A stretch of 64,000 nt of DNA. Source: Planctomycetota bacterium (GTDB lineage: Bacteria > Planctomycetota > PLA2 > JAEUHO01). Position 1 is the first letter of the stretch. Every line of letters begins with the position of its first letter. Below, one piece after another: positions 33,286 through 42,038 of the stretch. Both the position numbers and the translations under genes were made by a program. The stretch spans positions 64,001 through 128,000 of the forward strand of contig JBFWRP010000008.1 in assembly GCA_050248855.1 (NCBI GenBank), in the 5' to 3' direction. The notes under the pieces are model-generated. The model was not told the DNA's origin, did not search any database, and saw only the letters and a program-made list of their open reading frames with translations.

Positions 33286-33385
33286 CAGGGACGGCTCCGG
33301 GGCCGAGGCACCGGGCCGCGCAGGGTAGTCCGCGGCGCCGACAGGTCCGGGGCGCCGCGGGCCGTGGCCGCCTCGTGGGCCGCCC

Positions 33386-33677
33386 CTCGAGGCCTTCGAC
33401 GCGGTGGGGTGCCATCGCGACCTCGCGCCCGAGCCCGACGCCGCCCCCGGCGACCGCGGCCTGCTCCCCGACGGCACGGCCGCGGACGGCTTGGCCGGCC
33501 TTCGCGCCCGCCTGATGGCTTCGCCGGATCTCCAGCGCCGGTTCGCCGCCCAGGGCGGACACCGCTTCTCCGCCTACGTCCACGCCGTGGTCCAATCGGT
33601 GCCGTTCCGCTGGCGCGCCGTGCGCGTGCAGGTGGGGAACGCCGGGACCCCGGCGCGCGAAGAGGAGGAGCGATGAG
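33386..33677 (+). pseudogene. Displaced 3' fragment of the DUF1592 gene (right island flank) with an 81-nt internal deletion
   Basis: Aligns to 25380-25749; lacks RLLAW...VRHAA (27 aa); ATGA-coupled to the DUF1552 gene. Confidence 0.88.
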
Positions 33678-35016
33678 CGAGCACCCGCCCATGCCCCGCC
33701 TCCCTGCGCGCGCAGGCCACGCTCACACGCGACCCGCCCTTGACCGCCGTACGGTCCTGCGCGGACTGGGCGCCGCGCTCACGCTGCCGTGGCTCGACGC
33801 CTTCGTGCCGCGCCTCGCACGCGCCGACACGGTCAAGCCCCCGGTACGCCTCGCGTTCCTCTTCGCCCCCAACGGCGTGCATGCGCCCGCGTGGTTCGTC
33901 GAGCCAGGCTTGAAGCCCGAGGACCCGCTCTCGCCCAGCCTGGAGCCCCTCCAGCCCGTGCGCCAGCACGTCACGTTCCTGCGCGGCCTCGACCAAGACG
34001 CCGCCCGGGCGCACGGCGACGGCCCTGGCGACCACGCCCGCAGCGCCGCCGTCTTCCTCACCAGCGTGCACCCCGTGAAGACGGCGGGCCCCGGCATCCG
34101 CGCCGGCATCAGCATCGACCAAGTCGCCGCCAACAAGCTGCGCGGCAAGACCCGACTGGCGAGCCTCGAGATGGGCCTGGAGCGTGGCCGCACGTCGGGC
34201 AGCTGCGACAGCGGCTACGCCTGCGCCTACTCCAACCACATCTCCTGGGCCGACCCCTACACGCCCAACCCCAAGGAGGTGGACCCGCGCCGCGTCTTCG
34301 AACGCCTCTTCGGCGCCGACCGGGACGCCGCCCGCAGCGACTCGGCGGGCCTACGGCGTTCGGTGCTCGACGCCACCGCCGACGACATGAGGCGGCTGCG
34401 CCATCGCCTCGGCGCGCCCGACCGCCATCGCCTGGACGGCTGGCTCGAGGGCCTTCGCAGCGCCGAGCGCCGCATCGAGGAAGCCGAGCGCCACGACCGC
34501 GAGGTCAGGGAGCGCCTCGGCGACCACGAGCCCCCCTCGGGCATCCCGAAGCGCCATCCCGACCATGCCCGCCTCATGAGCGAGCTGATCGTGCTCGCCT
34601 TCCAGACCGACGCCACCCGCGTCATCACGCACATGCTGGGCAACGGCGGCAGCAACCGCGTCTACGACTTCCTCGGCATTCGCGATGGCCACCACTCCCT
34701 ATCCCACCACGCCGGCGACCTCGCCAAGATCGAGGCCATCAAGCGCATCGACCGCTGGCACGCCTCCGAGTTCGCCTGGCTTGTGCAGAGCATGGCGGAG
34801 ACGCCGGATGGGGACGGCATGCTCATCGACAACGTGGCGGTGCTGTGGGGGAGCGGGATCCGCGACGGGAACCGGCATGATCACCATGATCTGCCGTTGC
34901 TGTTGGCGGGGCGTGACGTCATCGGTACGCGCCCTGCGTCCGCAGTTGTCGCGGCGCGTCACGGAACGGGACTGGACACGTTCATGCAGAGACTGGTCGC
35001 ATTGGCTGCGACTTAG
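33673..35016 (+). CDS. DUF1552 (HxxSHH) protein, Tat-like leader, C-terminus probably replaced
   Basis: DRRTVLRGLG, PNGV, ISIDQ, SGYACAYSNHISW, HHSLSHH, GNRHDHHDLPLLLAG. Confidence 0.88.
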   Translation: MSEHPPMPRLPARAGHAHTRPALDRRTVLRGLGAALTLPWLDAFVPRLARADTVKPPVRLAFLFAPNGVHAPAWFVEPGLKPEDPLSPSLEPLQPVRQHVTFLRGLDQDAARAHGDGPGDHARSAAVFLTSVHPVKTAGPGIRAGISIDQVAANKLRGKTRLASLEMGLERGRTSGSCDSGYACAYSNHISWADPYTPNPKEVDPRRVFERLFGADRDAARSDSAGLRRSVLDATADDMRRLRHRLGAPDRHRLDGWLEGLRSAERRIEEAERHDREVRERLGDHEPPSGIPKRHPDHARLMSELIVLAFQTDATRVITHMLGNGGSNRVYDFLGIRDGHHSLSHHAGDLAKIEAIKRIDRWHASEFAWLVQSMAETPDGDGMLIDNVAVLWGSGIRDGNRHDHHDLPLLLAGRDVIGTRPASAVVAARHGTGLDTFMQRLVALAAT

Positions 35017-35346
35017 CTTGTGGTTCAGGCCCCTGCCTGCGGGCCTGAGGCGCCGACTTGACAGGCCGAGGCGCTACGATCCTCGGGGCGCCCGAACGGA
35101 CGGCGGCGCATGGCGCAAGTCGCGCAGCTGCGCGGACTTGTGCGTGGTGTGCCTCGTGCGCTGCCCCGGCCTCGATGACGTAGGGATCCGTCCGTACCCG
35201 CAAACGTGCCGGTGCGGGCGAGAACACGCTCTGGATCGACGCCCGATCGCAATCCAGTCGGCTCCCGAGTGCCCGCGAATGAGGCACGATGGCTGGATCC
35301 TGCCAGCACTCTCGCCCCGGATCGCGGGAGGGCTCCGCAGCCTCGG

Positions 35347-36400
35347 TCACCAATCACCGCGAATCGCGGCAATCGCCTCGTTGAGGGCGCCGCGCATCGT
35401 CGCCTCAGTCTCTGGTACTGCCCGCCTCAAGTGCTCGAGATCAGTCAGCGCGACCGATGCATCGGGACCAACCCGACCCAAGGCGCGAACGGCCTCGATC
35501 CTGACGCGCCGGCGGGGATCAGCGACTAGCTCCACGAGCCGCGGTACAGCCCGAGCCGCGTCACGCCCCAGGGCGGGCACGGCCTCGATGACGAAGACCA
35601 GCGCGTCCCCTTCCTGCACCTGCCTGAGGCCTTCGATCACGACGCGCGTTGCGGCCGACATTGGAGCCCTGAGCAGTGCGAGTCTGTCGAATGCCACTTA
35701 CGCGAAGAAGCAGGCGTCCTTGTGGCCGAGAGCCTGGGCGACAGGAACCACTGCTGGCTCGCCAACCTCGGACAGGATGTAGGGGCCCCACGACATGGGC
35801 CACGGTATGCGTTCACCCCCTGGGGTGCGGACGGGCGGCTCGCCAGTTGCTCGGTCCCACCGTGAGGGGTGCAGGGGTGGTGCGGAACCAGCACCCCTGC
35901 TGCGCAGGCGAAGCCGGAGCACCGAATCCGCGCGTGAGCGCGGAACGCCAACGGGGGATCAGACCACGAGTCGTCGCCGGTGCGGGCGCGCTACCGTCGC
36001 CCTGGCGACCCGCACGTCCGCACTCCAGGGGCTGAACGCTCACGGGCCACGAGATGTGTGCACCGCTCGCTCCCCGCCTCTCGTACTTGGCGAGGGCGGC
36101 GTGCATCAGCGGATCCACGACGGCCTCGCCCAACGCAGCGACCGCATCCGCAGCCGCGTGCATCACGCGCCGATCCTCATGCGCCAGGAGGGGGATCAGG
36201 TCGTCGATCGGGCGGGCCGCATCGGGTCCTTGCTCCTTGACCTCCCCGAGGATACTCACCAGTCTCTCCGCATTGGCGGTGTTGCGGTCCCAGAGCCGCC
36301 GCCCGAGCCTGGGGACTTCCGGGTAGAACGGCCACCGCCCTGGCGGAGGAGTACGGATTCGGGATTCCGCTTGGAGTGGGAGCTGCCCCCGATAGTCCAT
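35347..36400 (-). pseudogene. HEAT-repeat protein gene disrupted by a MITE and an in-frame TAA
   Basis: Fragments LIPLLAHEDRRV..., VGEPAVVPVAQAL... and RVRIEAVRALGRVG join in frame once the MITE is removed; TAA at 35698-35700; 5' end uncertain. Confidence 0.72.
35805..36043. mobile_element. 239-bp MITE with IS66-like ends and 8-bp target-site duplication
   Basis: ~42-bp imperfect TIRs GTATGCGTTCACCCCCTGG... / GTGAGCGTTCAGCCCCTGG...; TSD GGGCCACG at 35797-35804 and 36044-36051. Confidence 0.88.
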
Positions 36401-36471
36401 TGATGGGCAGGTGCGGCGGGGAATCGCAAGGCGCCAGGAGGCCTGGGTGGGGGAGCCTCACGGCGTGCATC

Positions 36472-36510
36472 TGCTTCGTCTGTTTCGGTTGTTTCGTTTG
36501 TTGCCAGACT
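36472..36510 (+). promoter_or_regulatory. Tandem 9-bp direct repeats plus -10 box upstream of the Xis-like HTH gene
   Basis: TGCTTCGTC/TGTTTCGGT/TGTTTCGTT, then CAGACT 7 nt before the ATG. Confidence 0.5.
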
Positions 36511-36517
36511 CCCGGTC

Positions 36518-36970
36518 ATGAGCACGCTCGAAGTCAAGATGCCCTCGAAGGCCCTGACGCAGCGGGCCCGCGAGGCTCTGCGCGCACTGTCCGAACTCCC
36601 GCGGTCCCGCGGGCGCATCGTGCGCCTGCGGCCGGTGGGAGTGGAGCAGCCCATCACAGTGGACGTGCCGCTCGAGGCCTTCCAGATGCTCATGGCGGTC
36701 CTCGGCCAGATGGCGAACGGGAACGCCGTGACCCTGGTTCCGATCCACGCGGAACTCACCACGCAGCAGGCCGCGGACCTCCTGAACGTCTCGCGCCCGC
36801 ACCTGGTCCGACTCATCGAGGAGGGGAAGATCCCGTCGCGGAAGGTGGGCACCCATCGCCGCCTGCGAGCAGACGACGTGCTGCGATTCCGCATGGAAGA
36901 GGAGAAGCGTCGCAAGACCGTGCTGGACGAGCTAGCGGCCGAAGCACAGAAGTACGGTCTCGGGTACTGA
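36518..36970 (+). CDS. Excisionase-family (HTH_17) DNA-binding protein, putative antitoxin
   Basis: ELTTQQAADLLNVSRPHLVRLIEEGKIPSRKVGTHRR. Confidence 0.9.
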   Translation: MSTLEVKMPSKALTQRAREALRALSELPRSRGRIVRLRPVGVEQPITVDVPLEAFQMLMAVLGQMANGNAVTLVPIHAELTTQQAADLLNVSRPHLVRLIEEGKIPSRKVGTHRRLRADDVLRFRMEEEKRRKTVLDELAAEAQKYGLGY

Positions 36971-36982
36971 CCGGACGTCCGC

Positions 36983-37552
36983 GTGCTGCTCGTTGTCGTC
37001 CTCGACGCGTGCGTCCTCCATCCCGCGCCGCTACGAGACCTGCTGATCCGGCTCGATCTCGCGGGCATGGTGCGCGCCCGGTGGTCGGAGCGGATCGTGG
37101 AAGAGTGCTTCGCAAGCATCTGCGCTCGGCGTCCGGACCTCGCACCCGAGGCGCTGGACCGAACCCGCGAACTCATGAAGCTCGCGATTCCCGACTGGGA
37201 GATCACTGGCTTCGAGGATCTCATCGAGGACCTGGAACTCCCCGACCCGGCCGACCGTCATGTTCTCGCGGCGGCGATCCGCGGCAGTGCGCAGATCCTC
37301 GTGACGACGAACGTGAAGGACTTCCCGTCGTCCGCGCTGGCTGCGCACGGCCTCGAGGTACAGCCCCCGGACGACTTCATCCTGGAGCGCATCGAAGAGG
37401 CACCGGCCCTCGTGGCGCAGGTCGTGATGGAGCAGGCGGCGACGCTGAGGAGCCCACCGTGTACGATCGACGACGTACTCATCACGGCGCTGCAAGATGA
37501 CGGGATCGTGCGCTCCGTGGCGCGACTTCGGGACCTTCGTGGGGCACCGTAG
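36983..37552 (+). CDS. PIN-domain toxin (VapC50-like)
   Basis: VVLDACVL, LPDPADRHVLAAA, LVTTNVKDFP, PDDFI. Confidence 0.88.
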   Translation: MLLVVVLDACVLHPAPLRDLLIRLDLAGMVRARWSERIVEECFASICARRPDLAPEALDRTRELMKLAIPDWEITGFEDLIEDLELPDPADRHVLAAAIRGSAQILVTTNVKDFPSSALAAHGLEVQPPDDFILERIEEAPALVAQVVMEQAATLRSPPCTIDDVLITALQDDGIVRSVARLRDLRGAP

Positions 37553-37744
37553 AGGGGCGCACCTCCATCGGCGCAGCAGGGCGGGCGGACGCGGTGAAGG
37601 GGAAGCGGGCGAAGAAGGCGGGTCGCGGGACGCCGCGCGGGCGCCGTCACGCGTGGCCCAACGTGGCGAGTCTGGTTGGCGACGACGGCGCAACGGTCGA
37701 CACCCACGGTGGGCTGCGCCCACCCCGACGATTGGAGAAGCACC

Positions 37745-38302
37745 ATGGATCCTGAGCTTGTCGAACGCCTCGTCGCGCTACGTCTGGATGCGTCCATGGA
37801 GCAGGGATGCCCCTACGTCGCCGTTCCCCTCGACGAGAACGGCCAACCCGCCGGGTCCAGGGGTGACGAGTGGCTCGTGGTTTTCACGGGCGGGCCGCCC
37901 GTTCCCGTCCGACTGAAACCCCTTGCCGATCTCTGGACCGGCGACGTGCGGCCGCCCGACTTGGGGTCGCGTCCCCCCAGCGAGTACCTGCCCTTCTTGG
38001 CCACGATCGAACGCACGGCAGCCGCCTACGTCGCGGCCACGCAGACCCAGGAGACGGACCAGGAGTTCGAGCGTCTCTACTCCCTGCTCCGGCGCCGTCC
38101 GGCAGGTCGCGATGACCATCCGTTGTTCGGCTACCTGCAGGCGGCCGTGCGGCTGTACATGTCGCTGCGCGCGACGAGCCAGGCCGAGTTCGAGGCCGTG
38201 GTCCGGCGGCTGGAACAGTCGGCGCGGACATTCTCGGAGGGATACGCGAGCACGAACTACACGAGGTACGCGCTCCAGCCTCTGATCGGCAGCGGTCGCT
38301 GA
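37745..38302 (+). CDS. Hypothetical protein
   Basis: SD GGAG, GC3-biased frame, globular composition. Confidence 0.6.
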   Translation: MDPELVERLVALRLDASMEQGCPYVAVPLDENGQPAGSRGDEWLVVFTGGPPVPVRLKPLADLWTGDVRPPDLGSRPPSEYLPFLATIERTAAAYVAATQTQETDQEFERLYSLLRRRPAGRDDHPLFGYLQAAVRLYMSLRATSQAEFEAVVRRLEQSARTFSEGYASTNYTRYALQPLIGSGR

Positions 38303-38314
38303 GCGTAGCATTCG

Positions 38315-38437
38315 CTGAGCCGACTGCCCGAGCCGACGCGGCGGGCGATCCTGATGATGAGGAAGCAGCATCCGGAGTGGGGCCAGGATCGCATGTACGA
38401 CATGCTGCTCAGGAGCCAGGGCCTGGGGACCAGTCCG
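38315..38437 (+). pseudogene. Short transposase remnant (IS481/IS3-like HTH segment)
   Basis: SRLPEPTRRAILMMRKQHPEWGQDRMYDML resembles the '..HPxWGxxRI' segment of DDE transposases. Confidence 0.45.
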
Positions 38438-38565
38438 GCTCGCGACGACCGCCATGTGCGCGAGCCTGCAACAACCTCCGCCGCTTCCGTGCCGGGGATC
38501 TTCCCGCCGTGGCGCGTGCCGTCCGTACCCGTGCAGTCAGGATTGGCTCTGCGTATCGTGCACCC

Positions 38566-39561
38566 ATGCGCGTTCTCGTGACCGGCGCCGGCGGTTTCAT
38601 CGGCCACCATCTCGTTGTCCGCCTCAAGGCACGCGGCCATTGGGTCCGGGGCGTGGACATCAAGCGTCCCGAGTTCGCCCCGAGTCCGGCCGACGAGTTC
38701 CTACTGCTCGACCTCCGCAGGCAGGACGCCAGCCGCACGGCTACGGTGGGCGTGACACACGTCTACGCCCTGGCCGCGGACATGGGGGGAATGGGGTACC
38801 TGAGTGGGCACCACACCGATGTGCTGGCCAACAACCTGCTGATCGACATCCAGACGATCCAAGGTGCGCGCGAGAATGGCGTGGAGCGGGTCCTCTATGC
38901 GTCGACCGCGTGCGTGTACCCGGAGTCCCGGCAGGTCCAGCCGGACGCGCTGCCCTTGCGCGAAGTCGATGCCTATCCAGCGATGCCGGACGCGGCCTAC
39001 GGGTGGGGGAAGCTGACCACCGAGCGCCTGTTGCTGCACGCCCACGAGGAGTTCGGTCTCGAGGTGCGCATCGCACGCTTCCACAACATCTTCGGCGAGC
39101 TGGGCACCTGGACCGGCGGCCGCGAGAAGGTGCCTGCGGCTCTCTGCCGCAAGGTCGCACTGGCCAAGCTGACCGGGGCTCGCGAGATCGAGATCTGGGG
39201 CGACGGTGAGCAGACGCGCTCGTTTTGCCATGTTGCCGACTGCATCGAGGGCCTGGAGCGCTTCATGGCCAGCGGCTACAACGAACCCCTCAACCTTGGC
39301 CAGGACCGGATGATCTCGATCAACGCCCTGGCCGACCTGGTCGCGGCAATCGCGGGGATCCCGATCGGGAAGCGTCATGTGCCCGGACCCCAGGGGGTGC
39401 GCGGCCGCACCTCCGACAACACCCGCCTGCGCGAGGTCCTGGGTTGGGTGCCGACGCTGTCGCTGGAGGAGGGCCTCGCCCGCACCTACGCGTGGATCGA
39501 GCGGCAAGTGGCCCAGGCCCTGCAACGTGGCGATCTGCAGGGGGCTGCGTCGCAGGCGTGA
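38566..39561 (+). CDS. GDP-mannose 3,5-epimerase-like extended SDR
   Basis: TGAGGFIG, LAADMGGMG, STACVYP, YGWGK, RFHNIFG, GGREKVPAALCRK, PGPQGVRGR. Confidence 0.85.
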   Translation: MRVLVTGAGGFIGHHLVVRLKARGHWVRGVDIKRPEFAPSPADEFLLLDLRRQDASRTATVGVTHVYALAADMGGMGYLSGHHTDVLANNLLIDIQTIQGARENGVERVLYASTACVYPESRQVQPDALPLREVDAYPAMPDAAYGWGKLTTERLLLHAHEEFGLEVRIARFHNIFGELGTWTGGREKVPAALCRKVALAKLTGAREIEIWGDGEQTRSFCHVADCIEGLERFMASGYNEPLNLGQDRMISINALADLVAAIAGIPIGKRHVPGPQGVRGRTSDNTRLREVLGWVPTLSLEEGLARTYAWIERQVAQALQRGDLQGAASQA

Positions 39562-39623
39562 GGACGGCCGCGTACCCGTGGGCACCCGGCGCGCCGCAGC
39601 GTCCGCCGCGGTAGCCTGCGCGC

Positions 39624-40850
39624 GTGACGCAGGCTTCGGCTTCCCCCATGGCGACCGGGCCGCACGACCGGCTCTGGCACGACGCATCGCCGTTCGTGGC
39701 GCAGCGCGAGCGCAGCCAGGACGCGCTCGCCGCGATCGCCGAGACGCTCCGCGCGCGGGCCCCGCTGCACGTCGACGAGGACACGTTCCTGGCCCTGCAC
39801 GACGCCGTGTGCCGCCTCCCCGAGACCAGCCGGGCGAGCGTGTGGGCGAGCCCGGCTGCCCATGCGTGGACGTGGCGCACGTTCGCCGCGCTGCGCACCT
39901 GCCTCCGCGAGCCCGGCGACGCCGAGGGAAGGGGGCGCCTCCGTTCGCAGCTCGGGGCGTTTGGAGTGTTCGTCCAGGCCGTGGTGCACGTCGCCGGCGC
40001 CGAGGTCGACCTGCCGGGGCGCCCCGCCGCCGAGGCCGTCCATCTGCCCGGGACCCGGCTGGTGCGGGAAGCTGGCCAGTGGGTGCAGCGCCCGGTCGTT
40101 CACCACGCCGACGCCCGCATCGCCCTGCTGCCGGAAGCCCTGTGTGTCCCCGGGGCGGCCTGGCCCGACGCCGAGCAGTCCCGGGCCATGGGCGTGGACT
40201 TCCATCTGCAGCACGTTGACCAGCTGAGCGAAGCCCTCGGGCTGATCGAGCATCACCAGCCCGCGACGTTCACGCAGCTGCGTGACCACATGCAGGTGAT
40301 CGCCCTGCTGCCCGAGGATGCCCGTCGCTACCCCAACGCGAGCAGCTCGGAGCATCCCGGAGCCATGCTGCTGGGCGCCTACGGCGATCCCTACGACCTT
40401 GCCGACCACATGATCCACGAGCACTATCACAACCGCCTGTTCGCCCTGGAAGGCCAGGAGGCACTCCTGGAGCCGGGCGACGGCCCGAGCGAGCGGTTCT
40501 ACTCACCGTGGCGCGACGAGCGGCGTTCGCTGCGCGGTCTGCTGCACGGAGCCTACGTGTTCGTGCCGGTGCACGACTACTGGCGTGCCGTGCACCGGGA
40601 CGCCCCTGGCGACGCCGCGGCCTCGGCGGCAGCCGACCGTGCCGCGCGCGCCGCGCTGCAGCTGCGGCTTGCGATCGGCATGCTGGAGCGCTTGGCCCGC
40701 CTCACCGACGCGGGGGCGACGCTGCTCGATGGCATCCGGCAGCGCCTCCGCACCACGTCCATGGCAGCGGCTGCGTCGCCGGCCATCCGCGCCGTTGTCG
40801 AAGACCACGTCCGCAGGTTCGACGGAGCAGGTCACGCCAAGGGCTTGTAG
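39624..40850 (+). CDS. aKG-HExxH-type (HEXXH motif domain) peptide beta-hydroxylase
   Basis: NASS..PGAMLL, DHMIHEHYHNRL, FYSPWRDERRSLRGLLHGAYVF; start may be 39648. Confidence 0.82.
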   Translation: MTQASASPMATGPHDRLWHDASPFVAQRERSQDALAAIAETLRARAPLHVDEDTFLALHDAVCRLPETSRASVWASPAAHAWTWRTFAALRTCLREPGDAEGRGRLRSQLGAFGVFVQAVVHVAGAEVDLPGRPAAEAVHLPGTRLVREAGQWVQRPVVHHADARIALLPEALCVPGAAWPDAEQSRAMGVDFHLQHVDQLSEALGLIEHHQPATFTQLRDHMQVIALLPEDARRYPNASSSEHPGAMLLGAYGDPYDLADHMIHEHYHNRLFALEGQEALLEPGDGPSERFYSPWRDERRSLRGLLHGAYVFVPVHDYWRAVHRDAPGDAAASAAADRAARAALQLRLAIGMLERLARLTDAGATLLDGIRQRLRTTSMAAAASPAIRAVVEDHVRRFDGAGHAKGL

Positions 40851-41809
40851 GGCCCGCTCCGCGCCCGCCAGGGGCGCCGTAGACGCTTCCAGATGCGGGG
40901 ACGCGTGCCGCGCACATCGATCTCGCCCCCGCCTTCGGTGTCGATGGCGAGCATGGCCTCGCGGAAGCTCGCGTGAAACAGCGCGTTCATCGCACCCGGC
41001 CTTCCCGTCGTCGCATCCAGGTCGATGCTGATCATGGGATTGGTGTTGATCTCCCAGACGCACACGCGGTCCGCGACCAAGGCGTAGTCGATGCGACCAT
41101 AGTCGATTCCCGCCATCGTGAAGATCTGCAGCAGCTCCTGCTCATGCGGGTTGTCCCGTAGGTACGCCTCTTCCTCGTCGAACTGCCAGTCCAGGTGGTT
41201 GGCAGGGGACTTGCGCTGCCACTGCCGTCCGAAGAAGAGATGTCGCGGCACGATCCGGTCGCCCACGCGAAACGCGCCGTACTTGCGGTACTGACCGCGC
41301 TCGTCGATGGTCTCCTGGAACTCGACCACGATCATGTCGTCGCGAGGCTTGCGCCGCCTGGCGAGCGCGTCGGCTGCTGCCTCGACCGCCGCCCGCGAGT
41401 GCAGCAGTGCCGTGCGTGGCCCCTGGTGGTCGCTGGCCATGCGCACGAATACGGGGAAGCGCACGCTGTCGGGTAGGGCGTCCAGGCGGTGTACGGAGAA
41501 CGGGTTCAAGCCGTCGGCGTGCAGGCGCCGCAGCAGCTCGAAGCGACCCAACACACGCGCAGGATGGTTGTACAGGCGCGCAGCGTCGGAAGCCTCCAGG
41601 GCGTCGGCCACGGCACTTGCGCGGCGAAGCGCGTGGGGCCGGAGCCGATCGAAGTCCGACAGGATGTACGTGCCTGCGGGCAGGGTCCGCTGGCGGAACA
41701 CGGCGCTCCACGCACGCGCGCAGAGCGTCGGTGCCAGGGCCTCGCCGCCAGACGCGAGGAACGTAGTGATCGTGTAGTCGTGACGGCCGGTGAGCAGGAC
41801 GTGGATCAC
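40832..41809 (-). CDS. ATP-grasp-fold protein
   Basis: YNHP, FPVFVR, IVVEF, YRKY, IDYGRIDY, VWEINTNP (ExN motif). Confidence 0.65.
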   Translation of the reverse strand: MIHVLLTGRHDYTITTFLASGGEALAPTLCARAWSAVFRQRTLPAGTYILSDFDRLRPHALRRASAVADALEASDAARLYNHPARVLGRFELLRRLHADGLNPFSVHRLDALPDSVRFPVFVRMASDHQGPRTALLHSRAAVEAAADALARRRKPRDDMIVVEFQETIDERGQYRKYGAFRVGDRIVPRHLFFGRQWQRKSPANHLDWQFDEEEAYLRDNPHEQELLQIFTMAGIDYGRIDYALVADRVCVWEINTNPMISIDLDATTGRPGAMNALFHASFREAMLAIDTEGGGEIDVRGTRPRIWKRLRRPWRARSGPYKPLA

Positions 41810-41833
41810 GTCATCGGCTCGACCGTTTGATCG

Positions 41834-41977
41834 CTACCTCGTGGCGGGGGGCGCGGGCGGCTTGCCGCCGTGCGCGACGAACGGCTTGGTCTCGCGCTTG
41901 GGGGCCTTGCGCCCCTCGAGCTCGGCGCGCAGGTTGGCGACTTCGGTGCGCTCGGACTTGGCACGCTTGCGGGCCAT
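41834..41977 (-). CDS. 47-aa basic peptide with Pro-rich C-terminus (candidate precursor/substrate)
   Basis: AAGGAGG SD 5 nt before the ATG; MARKRAKSERTEVANLRAELEGRKAPKRETKPFVAHGGKPPAPPATR; fills the gap between co-oriented genes. Confidence 0.65.
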   Translation of the reverse strand: MARKRAKSERTEVANLRAELEGRKAPKRETKPFVAHGGKPPAPPATR

Positions 41978-42038
41978 GGGTGCCTCCTTCGGCAGGCGGA
42001 GAGTCGAAGCCGGCATCATACCGGACGACACTGCGGCT

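Larger units (their letters stand above)
25750..33385. mobile_element. Defence/TA genomic island inserted between the DUF1592 and DUF1552 genes
   Basis: Flanking duplicated gene end, AT-richer left part, defence-type cargo; no integrase seen. Confidence 0.75.

Noticed and set aside
34982..35353. 123-aa minus-strand ORF downstream of the HEAT pseudogene
   Set aside because: No recognisable domain and weak codon bias; cannot be supported as a gene
27715..36370. Isolated GACTCCGTAC (27720) and GTACGGATTCGGG (36352) matches to repeat family A
   Set aside because: Only 10-13 nt with no partner arm; could be decayed copies or chance
36518..36970. Excisionase as evidence of a prophage or ICE
   Set aside because: No integrase, phage or conjugation genes; this HTH_17 + PIN arrangement is a common TA-like pair
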